A DNA stretch of 64,000 nt from the human T2T-CHM13v2.0 reference genome, Homo sapiens: the NCBI RefSeq assembly GCF_009914755.1, contig NC_060926.1; one strand, written 5' to 3'. The translations under genes were made by a program, and so were the position numbers. Below are positions 62,830 through 64,000 of this stretch, one piece after another (the stretch's first letter is position 1; each line of letters opens with the position of its first letter). The notes under the pieces are model-generated. The model saw nothing but the letters and a program-made list of their open reading frames with translations. It did no database searches and was not told where the DNA came from.

Positions 62830-64000
62830 ACAGCTTTATTGAGATACAATTACATACCGTGCAGTTTACCCTCTAAAGTATACAATTCAGTGGCTTTTTA
62901 CAAATATAGTCACAAAGTTGTACAACCATCACTAATTTCAGAAAATATTTATCATCACAAAAAGAAAGCTTGTACCAGTTAGCAGTCGCTTCCCATTCTC
63001 CTGTTCCCCATTGTCTGGCAACCATTAATCTACTTTCTGTCTCTATGAATTTTCATATTCTAGACATTTCATATAAATAGATTCATACAATAATAATACA
63101 ATAAGTAGCCTTTTGTGTCTGGCTCATTTCACTTAGCTTAATGTTTTCAAGGTTTATCCACATTGGAGCATTATATCAGTACTTTCTTTCAAATTTGAAT
63201 AATATTCCATTACATGTATAATGTCACAATTTATTCATTCATCAGTTGACGGACATTAGTTGTTTCCACTTTTTGGCGATTGTGCATAATGCTGGTACAA
63301 ACAATGTGCAAGTTTTTGTGTGGACATGTCTTCACTTCTGTTGGGTATATGTATACCTACGAGTGGATTTGTAGGGTCAGATGGTAGCTCTATGTTTAAC
63401 CTCTTGAGGAACTGCCAGACTGTTTTCAAAAGTGACTGCACCATTTTGCATTCACACCAGCAGTGTATAAGTGTTCCAGTTTCTTCATATTTTCATAAAC
63501 ACTTATTATTATATGTCTTTTTGATTATAGCCATCCAAGTGGGTAATTAAGAGCTATCTTACTGTGATTTTGATTGCACTTCCCTGTTGGCTAATGATCT
63601 TGAACATCTTTCTATGTATTTATTTGACATTTGTATATCTTCTTGGAGAAATACCTGTTCAGACCCTTTGCCCTTTTAAAATTGGGGTATTTGCCTTTAT
63701 ATTGTTGACTTGTGAGATTTCTTTGTTCTGGGTACAAGTCCTTTATTAGCTATGTGATTTGCAAAATTATCTCCCTGTGGATTGTCTTCACTTTCTAGAT
63801 AGTCTCATTTGAAGGCCAAAATTTTTAATTTTGATGAAGTTTAATTTATCTATTTTTGTTGTTGTTGCTTGATTTTGGTTTCATGTCTGAGAAAGCATTG
63901 CCTAGCCCAAAGTTATAAAGATTTATTCTTATGTTTCCTTGAAGAATCTTGTAGTTTTTTGCTGTTACACTTAGGTCTTTGATTCATTTTGAGTTAATTT
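62830..64000 (-). mobile_element. L1MB-type 3'UTR and ORF2 end, running off the window
   Basis: cagctttattgagatacaatt...; minus ORF VWQFLKRLNIELPSDP. Confidence 0.85.

Overview
Primate (human-like) genomic DNA, AT-rich and dense in repeats, almost entirely intronic. One protein-coding exon is supported: a 77-nt internal exon at 11296-11372 (+) encoding (G)[25 protein letters not shown](W). I recognise this from memory as the N-terminal region of BABAM2/BRE/BRCC45, a subunit of the BRCA1-A and BRISC complexes. The supplied ORF track misses it, and the rest of that track is repeat-derived or chance. The window also holds a disabled SUMO1 processed pseudogene split by an Alu, about 26 Alu copies, many L1 fragments (one young, L1PA3-like), a two-LTR THE1 provirus, solo MaLR LTRs, Tigger1/MER2/MER47A/MER20/MER33 DNA transposon relics, and L2, MIR and L3/CR1 fragments. 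I found no convincing new multi-gene system. The best unexplained structures are: (1) a ~200-bp, ~87%-identical inverted duplication of non-Alu sequence at 5630-6662 containing a perfect template-switch hairpin; (2) an unidentified ~600-nt polyadenylated retro-insertion with TSDs inside an L2 at 6881-7482; (3) a candidate in-frame 72-nt cassette exon 268 nt downstream of the BABAM2 exon; (4) a sense-oriented THE1 whose 5' LTR keeps a DUX4-type motif and splice donor while only its 3' LTR keeps the polyA signal. Repeat family names come from recalled consensus sequences, and boundaries of old repeats are approximate.
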